Source: Candidatus Micrarchaeota archaeon
Lineage (GTDB): Archaea; Micrarchaeota; Micrarchaeia; Anstonellales; Anstonellaceae
Direction: 5' to 3'
DNA length: 46,096 bases
NCBI GenBank assembly: GCA_964650545.1
Contig: CAZYTZ010000003.1
Location: 1 to 46,096 of the forward strand
The translations under genes were made by a program, and so were the position numbers. The first letter of the stretch is position 1, and the number at the start of each line of letters is the position of its first letter. The notes beneath the pieces were generated by a model, which worked only from the letters and a program-made list of their open reading frames with translations, was not told the origin of the DNA and searched no databases. Shown here piece by piece: positions 27,013 to 36,379 of the stretch.

Positions 27013-27789
27013 ATGGAGTACTCGTACAACAAAAAACCGGTTGGGCGCACTGCACGCGCAAGGGTCTCGCGGGTCAACTGCTCGTGGAAGGACCTGGGCG
27101 AGGTGTGCCGCAACGTCCGCGGAAAGGACACGGAGCACGCACTCGGGTTCCTCGGCGCAGCCGCGGAGGGAAAGCAGGCAATACACTTCAGGCGCCATGC
27201 AAAGAGCAAGGGCCACCGCAGGGAGCTTGGCGGCAAGCAGGGCGGATTCCCAGTCAAGTCTGTGCGCGCGGTCCTCAATGTTCTGCAAAGCGCGAATGCG
27301 AACGCGAACAAGCTCGGGCTTGGCGCAACCAGGATAGCGCATCTGGTCTCGAACAAGCACGCGACCTACCCGCGCATGTCCCCCAAGGGAAGGCGCATAC
27401 GCCATGACTACGAGGTTGCATTCATCGAAATCGTGCTTGAGGAACTCCAGCAGAAGGCGGAGAAAAAAGAGGAAGTGAAAAAGCCTGAAGTGAAGAAAGC
27501 TGACGTTCCGAAGAAAGCAGAGGCTCCTAAGAAAGAGGAAGTGAAGAAAGAAGAAAAGAAAGTTGAAGAGGAAAAAAAGCCTGAAGCAAAAAAAGAGGAA
27601 GCACCCAAGCCGGCTGAAAAGAAAGTTGACGCTCCCAAGAAAGTTGAAGAGGCAAAGAAGCCGGAAGTTCCCAAAAAAGTTGACGTTCCAAAAAAAGCAG
27701 AGGCTCCTATGAAAGAGGAAGCGAAGAAACCAGAAGCGGCTCCCAAAAAGCCAGAGCCCAAAAAGCAGGACGACATAATCATGGCATGA
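27013..27789 (+). CDS. rpl22: 50S ribosomal protein L22 (uL22) with about 110-aa K/E/A/P repetitive C-terminal tail
   Basis: GGFPVKS..VL.VLQSA.ANA core and operon position; tail from about 27451. Confidence 0.92.
   Translation: MEYSYNKKPVGRTARARVSRVNCSWKDLGEVCRNVRGKDTEHALGFLGAAAEGKQAIHFRRHAKSKGHRRELGGKQGGFPVKSVRAVLNVLQSANANANKLGLGATRIAHLVSNKHATYPRMSPKGRRIRHDYEVAFIEIVLEELQQKAEKKEEVKKPEVKKADVPKKAEAPKKEEVKKEEKKVEEEKKPEAKKEEAPKPAEKKVDAPKKVEEAKKPEVPKKVDVPKKAEAPMKEEAKKPEAAPKKPEPKKQDDIIMA
27501..27729 (+). repeat. Internal duplication in the uL22 tail
   Basis: 27501-27549 vs 27681-27729, 45/49 identical (DVPKKAEAP[K/M]KEE[V/A]KK). Confidence 0.85.
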
Positions 27790-27806
27790 ACGCAGGATGT
27801 GGATGA

Positions 27807-28538
27807 ATGGCAGACAAAAACAAGGCCGAAGGGAAATTCATCGAGGACGCAATCACGCGCTACCGCGTGAGCAAGTACCTTGAGACGGAGCTTGACCGCG
27901 CTGGCTTTTCGCGCGTGGACATACAGCGCACGCCAATGGTGACCCGCATTGCAGTGGAAGTGACAAACCCCGGGCGCGTTATCGGCAAGCGAGGCAAGAG
28001 CATACAGGACCTCACGGACGCAATCAACCGCGAATTCAAGATTGACAATCCGCAAATATCCGTCGTGGAGTCCACGAACCAGAATCTCGAGCCGCGCCTC
28101 GTGGCAAAGAAAATATGCCGCTTCATAGAGATGGGCAAGAAAATCCGCGCAATACTTCACGCGTCGCTGCGCGACATCATGGGGTCAGACGCGCTTGGCG
28201 CGGAAATCGTCGCATCCGGCAAGATTGCGGCAAAGGGCGGCAGGAGCAGGACCTTCCGCGTGATGGCGGGCTACATCCCCAAGGCCGGCGAGCCTGCAAG
28301 GCAGGTGGCAGTGAGCCACGTTACCGCTTACCCCAAGTCCGGCGCAATCGGTGTGCTGGTAAGGATAGTGCTTCCAGGAACAGTGTTCCCGGACAAGGTG
28401 GCGGGCTCCAAGCCTGAGCTGCCAAAGATAGTGATGGCTGCCGACGACGTGACTGCGGCAACCCCCATGGAGGTCGCGCCAAAAGTCGTGCCGGCCCAGC
28501 TGAAAAAGCGCAAGCCAATGCAGAGGCGCAGGCGCTAA
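27807..28538 (+). CDS. rps3: 30S ribosomal protein S3 (uS3)
   Basis: KH motif PGRVIGKRG, GAEIVASGK, GYIPKAG. Confidence 0.96.
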   Translation: MADKNKAEGKFIEDAITRYRVSKYLETELDRAGFSRVDIQRTPMVTRIAVEVTNPGRVIGKRGKSIQDLTDAINREFKIDNPQISVVESTNQNLEPRLVAKKICRFIEMGKKIRAILHASLRDIMGSDALGAEIVASGKIAAKGGRSRTFRVMAGYIPKAGEPARQVAVSHVTAYPKSGAIGVLVRIVLPGTVFPDKVAGSKPELPKIVMAADDVTAATPMEVAPKVVPAQLKKRKPMQRRRR

Positions 28539-28553
28539 GCAAGAGGAAATAAC

Positions 28554-28808
28554 ATGGCAATCATAAAGAAAAGCAAGCTGAGGGAATTGTCCGATACGGA
28601 GCTTTCAGCCAAGCTGTTTGAGTACCAGAAGGAACTCAACACCGAGCGCGGCATGCTCGCATCAGGCGGCAGGACGTCGAACCCCGGGAAGATAAGGGAG
28701 CTGCGCCGCACGCTTGCGCGCACGCTTACCATACAGCATGAAAGGAAACTTGGAATTCGCGCTGTCAAGCCTCCCAAAAAAGAGGCAAAGAAGGAAGAAA
28801 AAAAGTGA
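28554..28808 (+). CDS. rpl29: 50S ribosomal protein L29 (uL29)
   Basis: LRELS..EL, NPGKIRELRRTLARTLTI. Confidence 0.94.
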   Translation: MAIIKKSKLRELSDTELSAKLFEYQKELNTERGMLASGGRTSNPGKIRELRRTLARTLTIQHERKLGIRAVKPPKKEAKKEEKK

Positions 28809-28819
28809 GGTGAAATTGG

Positions 28820-29137
28820 TTGGTCGAAATATGCCAAAAATGCGGATTGATGAAGGAACTGTGCGCGTGCGACATCCTTGAAAAGGAGGAAACACAGCGC
28901 ATACGCGTCTATGTCACCAAGAAAAAATTCCGCAAGCTCATGACCGTTGTCGAGGGAATCGACAAGGGCAAGCTTGATGGGACCGGCCGCGAGCTGAAGC
29001 AGAAGCTTGCCTGCGGCGGGACGGTGAAGGAAGGCGTGATAATCCTTCAGGGGGACCACAGGCGGAAGATGAGAAAGCTTCTGTCCAACATCGGGTACCC
29101 GTCTGGAAGCATCACCGTGCTGGACGGAATCCAGTAA
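28820..29137 (+). CDS. sui1: Translation initiation factor aIF1 (SUI1)
   Basis: CGL..ELC.C, LKQKLACGGTVK, LQGDHR; TTG start after GAGGTGA. Confidence 0.95.
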   Translation: MVEICQKCGLMKELCACDILEKEETQRIRVYVTKKKFRKLMTVVEGIDKGKLDGTGRELKQKLACGGTVKEGVIILQGDHRRKMRKLLSNIGYPSGSITVLDGIQ

Positions 29138-29148
29138 GGTAGATTCGC

Positions 29149-29418
29149 ATGATAACCGCGCAGAACCTGATGCTCCACGAGCTTATCGGGCTTCACGCAA
29201 AAGTGGCAGAGAGCACGTCTCGTCCCCACAAGGGACTGAGCGGGCTCGTAGTCGACGAAACCAAGAACACGCTGGTGCTTCGCACGGGGCAAGGGGAAAA
29301 GACGGTGCCGAAAAAAGGGCGCGTTTTCCTCTTCACGCTTCCAGGCGGAAAAAAGGCAAGGCTGGAAGGCGACAAAATCGCGTTCCGCCCCTATGACAGG
29401 CCGAAGAAACTGAGGTAA
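29149..29418 (+). CDS. rnp1: Ribonuclease P protein component 1 (Rpp29)
   Basis: HELIGL, G.VVDETKNTL, RP.DR; conserved operon position. Confidence 0.93.
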   Translation: MITAQNLMLHELIGLHAKVAESTSRPHKGLSGLVVDETKNTLVLRTGQGEKTVPKKGRVFLFTLPGGKKARLEGDKIAFRPYDRPKKLR

Positions 29419-29423
29419 TGATT

Positions 29424-29834
29424 ATGGCTATCGAAACAGGAAGGAAAGGCGCGATTTCAGCCCGCGGCCACATCAAGCAAGGCCTCGTGGTCTCTGACCG
29501 CTCGAAAAAGACAGTGGTGGTCGAGTTTGACACGCTGGATTACTTCCCGAAATACCGCCGCTCTGCAAGAAGCAAAAGCCGCCTGCAAGCCCACAACCCG
29601 GAATCAATGGGGGCAAAGGCAGGTGACATCGTGGAGGTTGCGGAATGCCGCAAGATCTCCAAGACAAAGGCGTGGATAGTGACCAAGATAATCACAAAGG
29701 CAACGGGCACGGTCGTGATAGAGAGCAAGGGCGGCCGCGCGCTTGACGTGGAGGCTGACCGCCTCAAGAAGGCCGAGGTGAAGCGCGCAGCGCTCCCGCC
29801 AAAGACGCCTCCGAAGTCAGAGGAAAAAGAGTAA
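29424..29834 (+). CDS. rps17: 30S ribosomal protein S17 (uS17) with C-terminal extension
   Basis: GLVVSDR.KKTVVV, AHNP, ECRKISKTK. Confidence 0.94.
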   Translation: MAIETGRKGAISARGHIKQGLVVSDRSKKTVVVEFDTLDYFPKYRRSARSKSRLQAHNPESMGAKAGDIVEVAECRKISKTKAWIVTKIITKATGTVVIESKGGRALDVEADRLKKAEVKRAALPPKTPPKSEEKE

Positions 29835-29846
29835 ACGGATGATAAC

Positions 29847-30245
29847 ATGAAGGGACTTGGTGGAAGCATAACAAAGGGGCTGCAGGTTGGCTCGCGCATG
29901 GTCTGCAATGACAATTCTGGCGCAAAGATAGTGCAGATGATAGGCGTGAAGGGCGCAAAGGGAAAGCGCGCCATGAATCCCAAGGCAGGCATTTCCGACA
30001 TCATCACGGTCTCAGTGAAGAAGGGCAGCGCAGCAATGAAGAAGAAGATACTCAAGGCTGTGATAGTGCGCCAGAGGCATGTATTCCGCCGCCCGAGCGG
30101 GGTGCGCATAGGCTTTGAGGACAATGCATGCGTGATAATTGACGACGCCGGCCTGCCGGTCGGAACGGAAATCAAGGGCGTGATAGCCCGCGAAGTGGCA
30201 ACCCGCTTCCCAAAAGTGGCGGCAATTGCATCATCAGTGGTCTGA
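29847..30245 (+). CDS. rpl14: 50S ribosomal protein L14 (uL14)
   Basis: DNSGAK, AVIVRQR, FEDNA, GTEIKG. Confidence 0.96.
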   Translation: MKGLGGSITKGLQVGSRMVCNDNSGAKIVQMIGVKGAKGKRAMNPKAGISDIITVSVKKGSAAMKKKILKAVIVRQRHVFRRPSGVRIGFEDNACVIIDDAGLPVGTEIKGVIAREVATRFPKVAAIASSVV

Positions 30246-30258
30246 AAACGTGATATTT

Positions 30259-30666
30259 ATGGCAACATACAGCAAATCCGTGCAAGCAAGGCGCCAGCGC
30301 AAGTTCCGCTACAATGCGCCCAATCATGCGCGCCGCAAGATGGTGTTCGTGCACCTTTCCAAGGAGCTTCGCGCAAAGCTTGGCACTGCCAGGCGCAGCA
30401 CCCAGCCCCACAAGGGCGACAAGGTAAAGGTGGTGCGCGGAGACCACAAGGGCCACACCGGAAAAATTTTCGAGGTGGATCTCCCAACGCTCAAAGTTTA
30501 CGTTGAGGGCGCGCACACGCGCACTGCAAAAGGAGTGGAAAAGCTGGTGCCGCTCGACCCCTCCAACATCGTGATTCTGGACGGGGAATTCGTGAAAGAC
30601 AGGCTCGCGGCGCTCAACAGGTCGCCAAAGGGCAAGGCATTGCAGCAGAAGAAACAAATGAGTTGA
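30259..30666 (+). CDS. rpl24: 50S ribosomal protein L24 (uL24)
   Basis: RQRK.RYNAP.H, LSKELR, KGDKVKVVRG. Confidence 0.95.
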   Translation: MATYSKSVQARRQRKFRYNAPNHARRKMVFVHLSKELRAKLGTARRSTQPHKGDKVKVVRGDHKGHTGKIFEVDLPTLKVYVEGAHTRTAKGVEKLVPLDPSNIVILDGEFVKDRLAALNRSPKGKALQQKKQMS

Positions 30667-30670
30667 TATT

Positions 30671-31369
30671 ATGTCCAAAAAGGGTGGCTCAAGGCATTTC
30701 GTCCGCATGCGCGCAAGCAAGGACGTCGGCGTGGTCAGCAGAAAGAAGGTAACGTGGCTGCTCTCACCGGAGCCAGGCACGCACAAGAAGGAGGAGAGCA
30801 TTTCGGCAGGCGTGCTCCTGCGCGACGTGCTTGGCCAGGCAGGCTCAATGCACGAGGCCAAGAAAATCCTCAACAGCGGCGGATTGATAGTTGACGGCAA
30901 GAAAATCACCGAGACAAAGTACCCAATCGGCCTCATGGACATCGTTTCAGAGCCTGCGGAAAAGAAAACATACCGCATGTCGCTTTCCGGCCCCCGGCTT
31001 GTGCCGCGCGAGGTAAAAGCAGAGGCAGCATCCCTCAAGTACCTCAAGGTGACCGGCAAGAGCACTGTGAAGGGCGGAAAGACATCAATCGCATTCCACG
31101 ATGGCAGGAACTACCTGGGCGACAAGCACATCAGCACAGGGGACACCTGCGTGTTTAGCGTCCCTGGCTTCAAGCTCATCTCGCACATAAAGCTCGCGCC
31201 AGGCGTCCAGTGCATTGTGGTGAAAGGCAAGCACAAGGGCGAGGTGGCAAAGCTTGACAAGATAATAGCCCGCCCCGGGTCGCACGACACCGAGGCGATG
31301 CTTTCAGGGCCCCAGGGTGAATTCATCACAGTGGTGAAATACCTGTTCGCAATAGACGGCAATTACTGA
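30671..31369 (+). CDS. rps4e: 30S ribosomal protein S4e (eS4)
   Basis: PGTH, LLRDVLG, YPIGLMD, HDGRN, G.H.GEV. Confidence 0.94.
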   Translation: MSKKGGSRHFVRMRASKDVGVVSRKKVTWLLSPEPGTHKKEESISAGVLLRDVLGQAGSMHEAKKILNSGGLIVDGKKITETKYPIGLMDIVSEPAEKKTYRMSLSGPRLVPREVKAEAASLKYLKVTGKSTVKGGKTSIAFHDGRNYLGDKHISTGDTCVFSVPGFKLISHIKLAPGVQCIVVKGKHKGEVAKLDKIIARPGSHDTEAMLSGPQGEFITVVKYLFAIDGNY

Positions 31370-31395
31370 CATCATATTTGACTAGGTGAAAAGGA

Positions 31396-31908
31396 ATGGA
31401 AGAAAACAAGATGAAGGAAATCGTGGTCGACAAGGTCACGCTCAACATCGGCGTCGGCAAGGCAGGCCAGGAGCTGGAGAATGCCAAGACGCTGCTGCAG
31501 CGCCTGTCAGGCGCAAAGGCAGTGCCAACGCATGCCAAGGTGAGAAACCCAGTTTTCCGCATAAGGAAGGGGGACACTATCGGCACCAAGGCAACGCTTC
31601 GCGGCCCATCCGCAATAGAGTTTGTGAAAAAAGCGCTCAAGGTGAAGGGCTTCACGCTTCCTGCAAAGTCGTTTGACAAGGAGGGCAATTTCTCCTTCGG
31701 CGTGCCGGAGTACATCGAGTTCCCGGGCGCAAAATACGACCCGCAGATAGGCATGCTTGGCTTTGACGTGTGCGTAACTCTGCGCCGCCGCGGCTTCCGC
31801 GTGGCAAGGCGCCGCCGCGCAAGGGCAAGGCTCAGCCCCCGCCACCGCCTGAAAAAAGAGGAAGGGATTGCATTCGCAAAGGAAACATTCTCAATGAACG
31901 TGGAATAA
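31396..31908 (+). CDS. rpl5: 50S ribosomal protein L5 (uL5)
   Basis: KVTLNIGVG, FRIRKG..IG.K.TLRG, YDP.IG..G. Confidence 0.96.
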   Translation: MEENKMKEIVVDKVTLNIGVGKAGQELENAKTLLQRLSGAKAVPTHAKVRNPVFRIRKGDTIGTKATLRGPSAIEFVKKALKVKGFTLPAKSFDKEGNFSFGVPEYIEFPGAKYDPQIGMLGFDVCVTLRRRGFRVARRRRARARLSPRHRLKKEEGIAFAKETFSMNVE

Positions 31909-31928
31909 CGCGATAAAGAGGTAATGAA

Positions 31929-32114
31929 TTGGCTGAAAAAGAGAAAAAGAAAGGGAAGAAGGGCATGCCGCTGGAGCACAAGTTCCAGGGCAAGGGTATG
32001 CGCAAGTGCCGCTTCTGCGGCTCAGCGCGCGCGCTCATACGCTCATTTGGCCTGCGCATCTGCAGGCGCTGCTTCCGCGAAGTCGGCGAAGAGGTCGGCT
32101 TCAGGAAATACTGA
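31929..32114 (+). CDS. rps14: 30S ribosomal protein S14 (uS14, zinc type)
   Basis: CRFCG and ICRRCFRE..GFRKY; TTG start after GAGGT. Confidence 0.94.
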   Translation: MAEKEKKKGKKGMPLEHKFQGKGMRKCRFCGSARALIRSFGLRICRRCFREVGEEVGFRKY

Positions 32115-32123
32115 GGGATATTT

Positions 32124-32510
32124 ATGGCTAACGACCCACTCGCAGACGCGCTGAATTCAATCAAGACACACGAGATGTTCAGCAAACAGTCGTGCGAAGT
32201 CAAGCCCAGCAAGCTCGTGCGCGAGACTCTTAGGATTCTCCAGCGCAAGGGCTTCATCGGCGACTTTGAATTCGTGGACGACGACAGGAACGGATACTTC
32301 CGCGTAAAGCTCCTGGGCCGCGTGAACCAGTGCGGCGCGGTCAAGCCCCGCTTTGCCGTGAAGAACGCGGAATGGAACGAGTGGGAGCAGAAGTACCTGC
32401 CGGGCGCGGGCTTCGGAATGTTCATAGTTTCCACGCCCTCCGGCCTCATGACGAACGAGGAGGCAAAGGAGCGCGGCTTGGGCGGACGGCTCATCGCATT
32501 CGTGTATTAG
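32124..32510 (+). CDS. rps8: 30S ribosomal protein S8 (uS8)
   Basis: DPLADAL, CGAVKPRF, GGRLIAFVY. Confidence 0.96.
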   Translation: MANDPLADALNSIKTHEMFSKQSCEVKPSKLVRETLRILQRKGFIGDFEFVDDDRNGYFRVKLLGRVNQCGAVKPRFAVKNAEWNEWEQKYLPGAGFGMFIVSTPSGLMTNEEAKERGLGGRLIAFVY

Positions 32511-32526
32511 TTGCAAGGTTGATGGA

Positions 32527-33009
32527 ATGAAAATGCCACAAGGAGCGAAAATTTCAGCAGAGGCCAACAAGCTCACAGTGAGCGGCGCCAAGGGCACAAT
32601 AGTGCGCGACTTTAGCCACCCGGACGTGAAAATCACGGTGAAGGGCGACGAGGTCGAGGTGAGCGGGCCGCTTGAAATGGTCAACACCATCGAGTCGCAC
32701 CTGCGCAACATGGCTAAGGGCACAACCGAGGGCTACACCAAGAAGCTCAAAATCCTGTTTTCCCACTTCCCGGTCGCAGTGGAGGTAAAGGACAGGGAGA
32801 TGCTCATCAAGAACTTCCTTGGCGAAAAGCAGCCCCGCCACGCAAAGATAATGGGTGTGACCAAGGTTGAGGCAAAAGGCACGGAAGTCAACCTATCCGG
32901 CCCGTCCAAGGACGACGTGGGCCAGACGTTTGCAAACATCAGGTCGGCAACCAAAATAAGGAACCGCGACTCGCGCGTGTTCCAGGACGGCTTTTACCAG
33001 GTTGAGTGA
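32527..33009 (+). CDS. rpl6: 50S ribosomal protein L6 (uL6)
   Basis: SHFP, NFLGEK.PR, DSRVFQDG.Y. Confidence 0.95.
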   Translation: MKMPQGAKISAEANKLTVSGAKGTIVRDFSHPDVKITVKGDEVEVSGPLEMVNTIESHLRNMAKGTTEGYTKKLKILFSHFPVAVEVKDREMLIKNFLGEKQPRHAKIMGVTKVEAKGTEVNLSGPSKDDVGQTFANIRSATKIRNRDSRVFQDGFYQVE

Positions 33010-33014
33010 TTATT

Positions 33015-33620
33015 ATGGCAATCAAAAAGAGAAAGCACCCCAAATTCCTGCGCCCGAACTACGGGAGAAGCAGCAGGAGCAGGATAAAGAAGAACTGGCG
33101 CCGCCCGCGCGGCATTGACAACAAGAAGCGCCTCAAGATAAAGTACATGGGCGCCTCGCCGTCAATCGGCTATGGCCAGCCTGCAGCAATCAGGGGCTTC
33201 CACCCTCGCGGCAAGCCCGAGGTGCTGGTGCAGACGCCAGCCGACCTCGAAGGGCTGAAAGACGTGGTCATCCGCATAGCAGGCGGCGTGGGCCGCCTCA
33301 AGCGCGCTGCAATAGAGAAGCTTGCAGCCTCAAAGGGGCTTCATGTGCTTTTTGTCAAGAAGTACCCGGAGAAAGTCAAGAGGGTGAAAAAGGACAAGTC
33401 AAGAAAATCCGTGCCAAAGGTGTTGCCTGACGGCAACAAATCGCCTGCCGAGCAGGCGAAGCCTGATGAAAAGAAGCCTGCCGACGAGAAGAAGTCAGAG
33501 CCCGCCGAGGAGAAAAAGGACGTAGGCTCCCCGACCGTGCGGTCTTCCGCCAAGCTCTCTTCACAGGCCGCCTCGCAATCGCAATCAGCGCAGCAGCACA
33601 GGCATGACAAGCAGATTTGA
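33015..33620 (+). CDS. rpl32e: 50S ribosomal protein L32e with long charged C-terminal extension
   Basis: WRRPRGIDNK.R, P.IGYG, RGFHP.G. Confidence 0.93.
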   Translation: MAIKKRKHPKFLRPNYGRSSRSRIKKNWRRPRGIDNKKRLKIKYMGASPSIGYGQPAAIRGFHPRGKPEVLVQTPADLEGLKDVVIRIAGGVGRLKRAAIEKLAASKGLHVLFVKKYPEKVKRVKKDKSRKSVPKVLPDGNKSPAEQAKPDEKKPADEKKSEPAEEKKDVGSPTVRSSAKLSSQAASQSQSAQQHRHDKQI

Positions 33621-33630
33621 TGTGATATTG

Positions 33631-34080
33631 ATGGCAACCAACACAGTGAGAAGAATTGCATCCGAAGTCCTCAAAGTGGGCAAATGCAAGGTTCGCTTCA
33701 AGACGGACTCGATAAAGAAAATCAAGGACGCGCTTACTCGCGAGGATGTGCGCTCGCTCATAAAGGAAGGAACGATCTACGCAATTGCCAGGCGCGGAGT
33801 CTCTCGCGTACGCGGCAAGCTCAAGCGCCACAAGCTCAAAAAGGGCAGGCGCGGAGGCATGGGAAGCCGCAGGGGCACGCCATCCGCCAGGCTTGACAGC
33901 AAGGAGGCCTGGATAGCAAAAGTGCGCGCGCAGCGCCGCTTCCTCTCAATGCTCGTGGAGGGCAAGAGGATTGCGCCCGAATCCGTGCGCAAGATTTACC
34001 TCATGATAAAAGGCAACGCTTTCAAGAGCGTGAAGATCCTGGAGATTTACCTCCGCGACAACAAGCTTCTGATAAAGTAA
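33631..34080 (+). CDS. rpl19e: 50S ribosomal protein L19e
   Basis: TREDVRSLI, GVSR.R, GSRRG..SAR, KGNAF. Confidence 0.95.
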   Translation: MATNTVRRIASEVLKVGKCKVRFKTDSIKKIKDALTREDVRSLIKEGTIYAIARRGVSRVRGKLKRHKLKKGRRGGMGSRRGTPSARLDSKEAWIAKVRAQRRFLSMLVEGKRIAPESVRKIYLMIKGNAFKSVKILEIYLRDNKLLIK

Positions 34081-34099
34081 GCATTTGCGATGTGATATT

Positions 34100-34684
34100 G
34101 TGAGCAAAGCAACAGGACCGGTATACAAGGTGGCATTCCGCCGCAGGCGCAAGAACCTGACCAACTACGCAAAGCGCCTGGCGCTTGTGAAAGGCAACGT
34201 GCCGCGCCTGGTGGTGCGCAAGTCCTCAAAAGGCATACTCGTGCAGTTCATGGAGTTCACGGACAAGGGCGATCGCGTGCTTGCATCCGTCCACTCGCGC
34301 GCGCTTGCGAAATACGGCTGGGCGCCGCGCTGCAATGCCCCGACAGCATACCTTTGCGGGCTTCTGGCGGGCAAGGCGGCAGGCAAGAAAGGAGCCACCA
34401 GCTTCATACTTGACGTGGGAATGCAGACGCCCTCCAAGGGCTCGACCATTTTCGCGGCACTGCGCGGCGCGCAGGACGCCAAGCTGGCCACGAACTATAC
34501 ACACGAGATGATTTCCGAGGAAAGGCTGACCGGCGCTGCCATTGAGGCGTACGCCAAGAAGCTGAAAAGCGAGGATGCCGCAAAATACGGCAAGCTTTTT
34601 TCCTCGTACGCCAAGCAGGGCTTTGCGCCCGAGAACATGGTGGCTGCATTCAAGGCCGCAAAGGGGAAGATAGAAAGCGAATAA
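34100..34684 (+). CDS. rpl18: 50S ribosomal protein L18 (uL18)
   Basis: FRRRR...TNY.KRL.L, RLVVRKS, AYLCGLL; GTG start. Confidence 0.95.
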   Translation: MSKATGPVYKVAFRRRRKNLTNYAKRLALVKGNVPRLVVRKSSKGILVQFMEFTDKGDRVLASVHSRALAKYGWAPRCNAPTAYLCGLLAGKAAGKKGATSFILDVGMQTPSKGSTIFAALRGAQDAKLATNYTHEMISEERLTGAAIEAYAKKLKSEDAAKYGKLFSSYAKQGFAPENMVAAFKAAKGKIESE

Positions 34685-34703
34685 CGAACTTGATGGTGGA
34701 TGG

Positions 34704-35447
34704 ATGGCAAGATTTAACAGGGGCAGGCGCCGCTCAAGGCGCGATGACGAGCAAAAGCCTGAGTGGGTGCCAAAGTCGGACATCGGCAGGCTGGTGAAAT
34801 CCGGCCAGGTAACGTCAGTCGAGGAAATATTCTCCATGGGCAAGAAAATCCTGGAGCACGGCATAGTGGACCACCTCTACCCCGACATGGTGGATGAGAC
34901 GCTCGAGGTGAAAAGCACCCAGCGCATGACTGACAACGGCAGGAAGATGCAGTTCCGCGCAGTGGTGCTGGTGGGCGACAAGAAGGGCCACTTTGGCATT
35001 GGCGCGGGCAAGTCAGAGGAGGTAAAGCCGGCCATAGAATCAGCCATCAAGAACGCAAAGCGCAACATAATTTCCGTTCCGCTGGGCTGCGGCTCATGGG
35101 AGTCTGGACCTGGCTTCAAGAATTCCATTCCAATCGCCGTCCATGGCCGCGCAGGAAGCGTGCGCGTGCTCCTAAAGCCTGCGCCTCGCGGAGTGGGCCT
35201 GGCGGCAAACGACGTGGTGAAAAAAGTGCTCGCGGCTGCAGGCGTCAAGGACATATGGAGCTTTTCGCGAGGGCACACGCGCAACATCTACAACACCGCA
35301 ATGGCAACCGCCGATGCGCTGGATCATCTCTCCAACATGAAGCTGCCCCATGGCTTTGAAAGCTCAGCGCCATCGTCCGGAAAGCAGGAGCCAAAGGAAG
35401 AGGAGAAGGAGTCTGCTGACGCAGACAAACAGCAGGTGTCTTCATGA
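34704..35447 (+). CDS. rps5: 30S ribosomal protein S5 (uS5)
   Basis: WVPKS.IGRLV, QRMTDNGR, GCGSWE, PAPRGVGL. Confidence 0.96.
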   Translation: MARFNRGRRRSRRDDEQKPEWVPKSDIGRLVKSGQVTSVEEIFSMGKKILEHGIVDHLYPDMVDETLEVKSTQRMTDNGRKMQFRAVVLVGDKKGHFGIGAGKSEEVKPAIESAIKNAKRNIISVPLGCGSWESGPGFKNSIPIAVHGRAGSVRVLLKPAPRGVGLAANDVVKKVLAAAGVKDIWSFSRGHTRNIYNTAMATADALDHLSNMKLPHGFESSAPSSGKQEPKEEEKESADADKQQVSS

Positions 35448-35887
35448 TGATAGCAGTAATACGCCTCAAGGGAAAGCTCGGGCTTGCGCCCAGGGTAGTT
35501 TCCACTTTCGTGTCGCTCAACCTCAACAGGCTTTACACCTGCACGCTCATTCCCGACAATGAGGTGTCCCGCGGCATGCTGCGGGTTTGCAAGGACTGGT
35601 CGTCGTTCGGCACAGTGGACGAGCCTACAATTGAAAAGCTCCTGCTGCTCCGCGGCAGCACTCGCGACGGCAAGAAACTGCGCGATATAAAAAAGCCAGA
35701 GGAGATTGCAACGCTTGCCAAGGAGATTGCGACAGGCGACAAGCCCCTCTCCCAGTACGGAATACTCCCGATATTCTTCCTGGCCCCCCCGCGCGGCGGG
35801 TTTGACGGCAACAAGAAGGCCCCCTCGCCCTTTGGGCCGCTGGGCAAGAATCCGAAAATCTGCAAGCTGATAGCCCAGATGGCGTAA
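35444..35887 (+). CDS. rpl30: 50S ribosomal protein L30 (uL30, archaeal long form)
   Basis: AVIRLKG, GML, F.L.PPRGGF. Confidence 0.92.
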   Translation: MMIAVIRLKGKLGLAPRVVSTFVSLNLNRLYTCTLIPDNEVSRGMLRVCKDWSSFGTVDEPTIEKLLLLRGSTRDGKKLRDIKKPEEIATLAKEIATGDKPLSQYGILPIFFLAPPRGGFDGNKKAPSPFGPLGKNPKICKLIAQMA

Positions 35888-35903
35888 ATTGATGGTGTTT
35901 CAC

Positions 35904-36356
35904 ATGGCAAACCGCAAAGGAAAAAGGAACCGCAAATTCAACGGAAGCCGCAACCACGGCAAGGGCAATACCAAGAACCGCCGAGGCAAGGGCGGCAAGG
36001 GCGGCTGGGGCCGTGCAGGCATGCACAAGCACCGATTCTCCTACATCACGCGCTATGAAAGGCACTGGATGCGCCACGGCGGCAGGCACGGATTTTCCAA
36101 CCAAAACGCAACCAAGGTCATGCCCACCATCAACCTCTACGAAATCGACCAGCTCGCGCGCGCAGGCAAAATCGAGACGCGCGAGGGCAAGCTTGCATTC
36201 GACTTTAAGGGCAAGGTGCTGGGCTCCGGCTCAATCACGGTGCCCATCACGGTGCGCGCACTTGCTTTCTCCGAAAAGGCAAAGGAAAAGCTCAAAGCCT
36301 GCGGCGGCAGCGCGGTAACGCCTGAGCCTAAAGCCGAGCCTGCGAAGGCAGAATGA
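35904..36356 (+). CDS. rpl15: 50S ribosomal protein L15 (uL15)
   Basis: GSRNHG.G..KNRRG.G.KGG.GRAG..KH, KVLGSG, FSEKAKEK. Confidence 0.95.
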   Translation: MANRKGKRNRKFNGSRNHGKGNTKNRRGKGGKGGWGRAGMHKHRFSYITRYERHWMRHGGRHGFSNQNATKVMPTINLYEIDQLARAGKIETREGKLAFDFKGKVLGSGSITVPITVRALAFSEKAKEKLKACGGSAVTPEPKAEPAKAE

Positions 36357-36379
36357 AAAAGTTGCCTGCAACTTTTTCA
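36354..36379. terminator. Near-perfect palindrome overlapping the rpl15 stop codon
   Basis: tgaaaaagttgc-ct-gcaactttttca (12-bp arms). Confidence 0.55.

Noticed and set aside
27451-27789. Periodic A/G-rich repeats as a CRISPR array
   Set aside because: In-frame coding repeats with no constant repeat/unique spacer pattern; no cas genes.
27408-28160. Long antisense ORFs over ribosomal and smc genes (also 30172-31065, 13317-14039)
   Set aside because: Shadow ORFs expected from GC-rich biased codon usage opposite well-supported genes.
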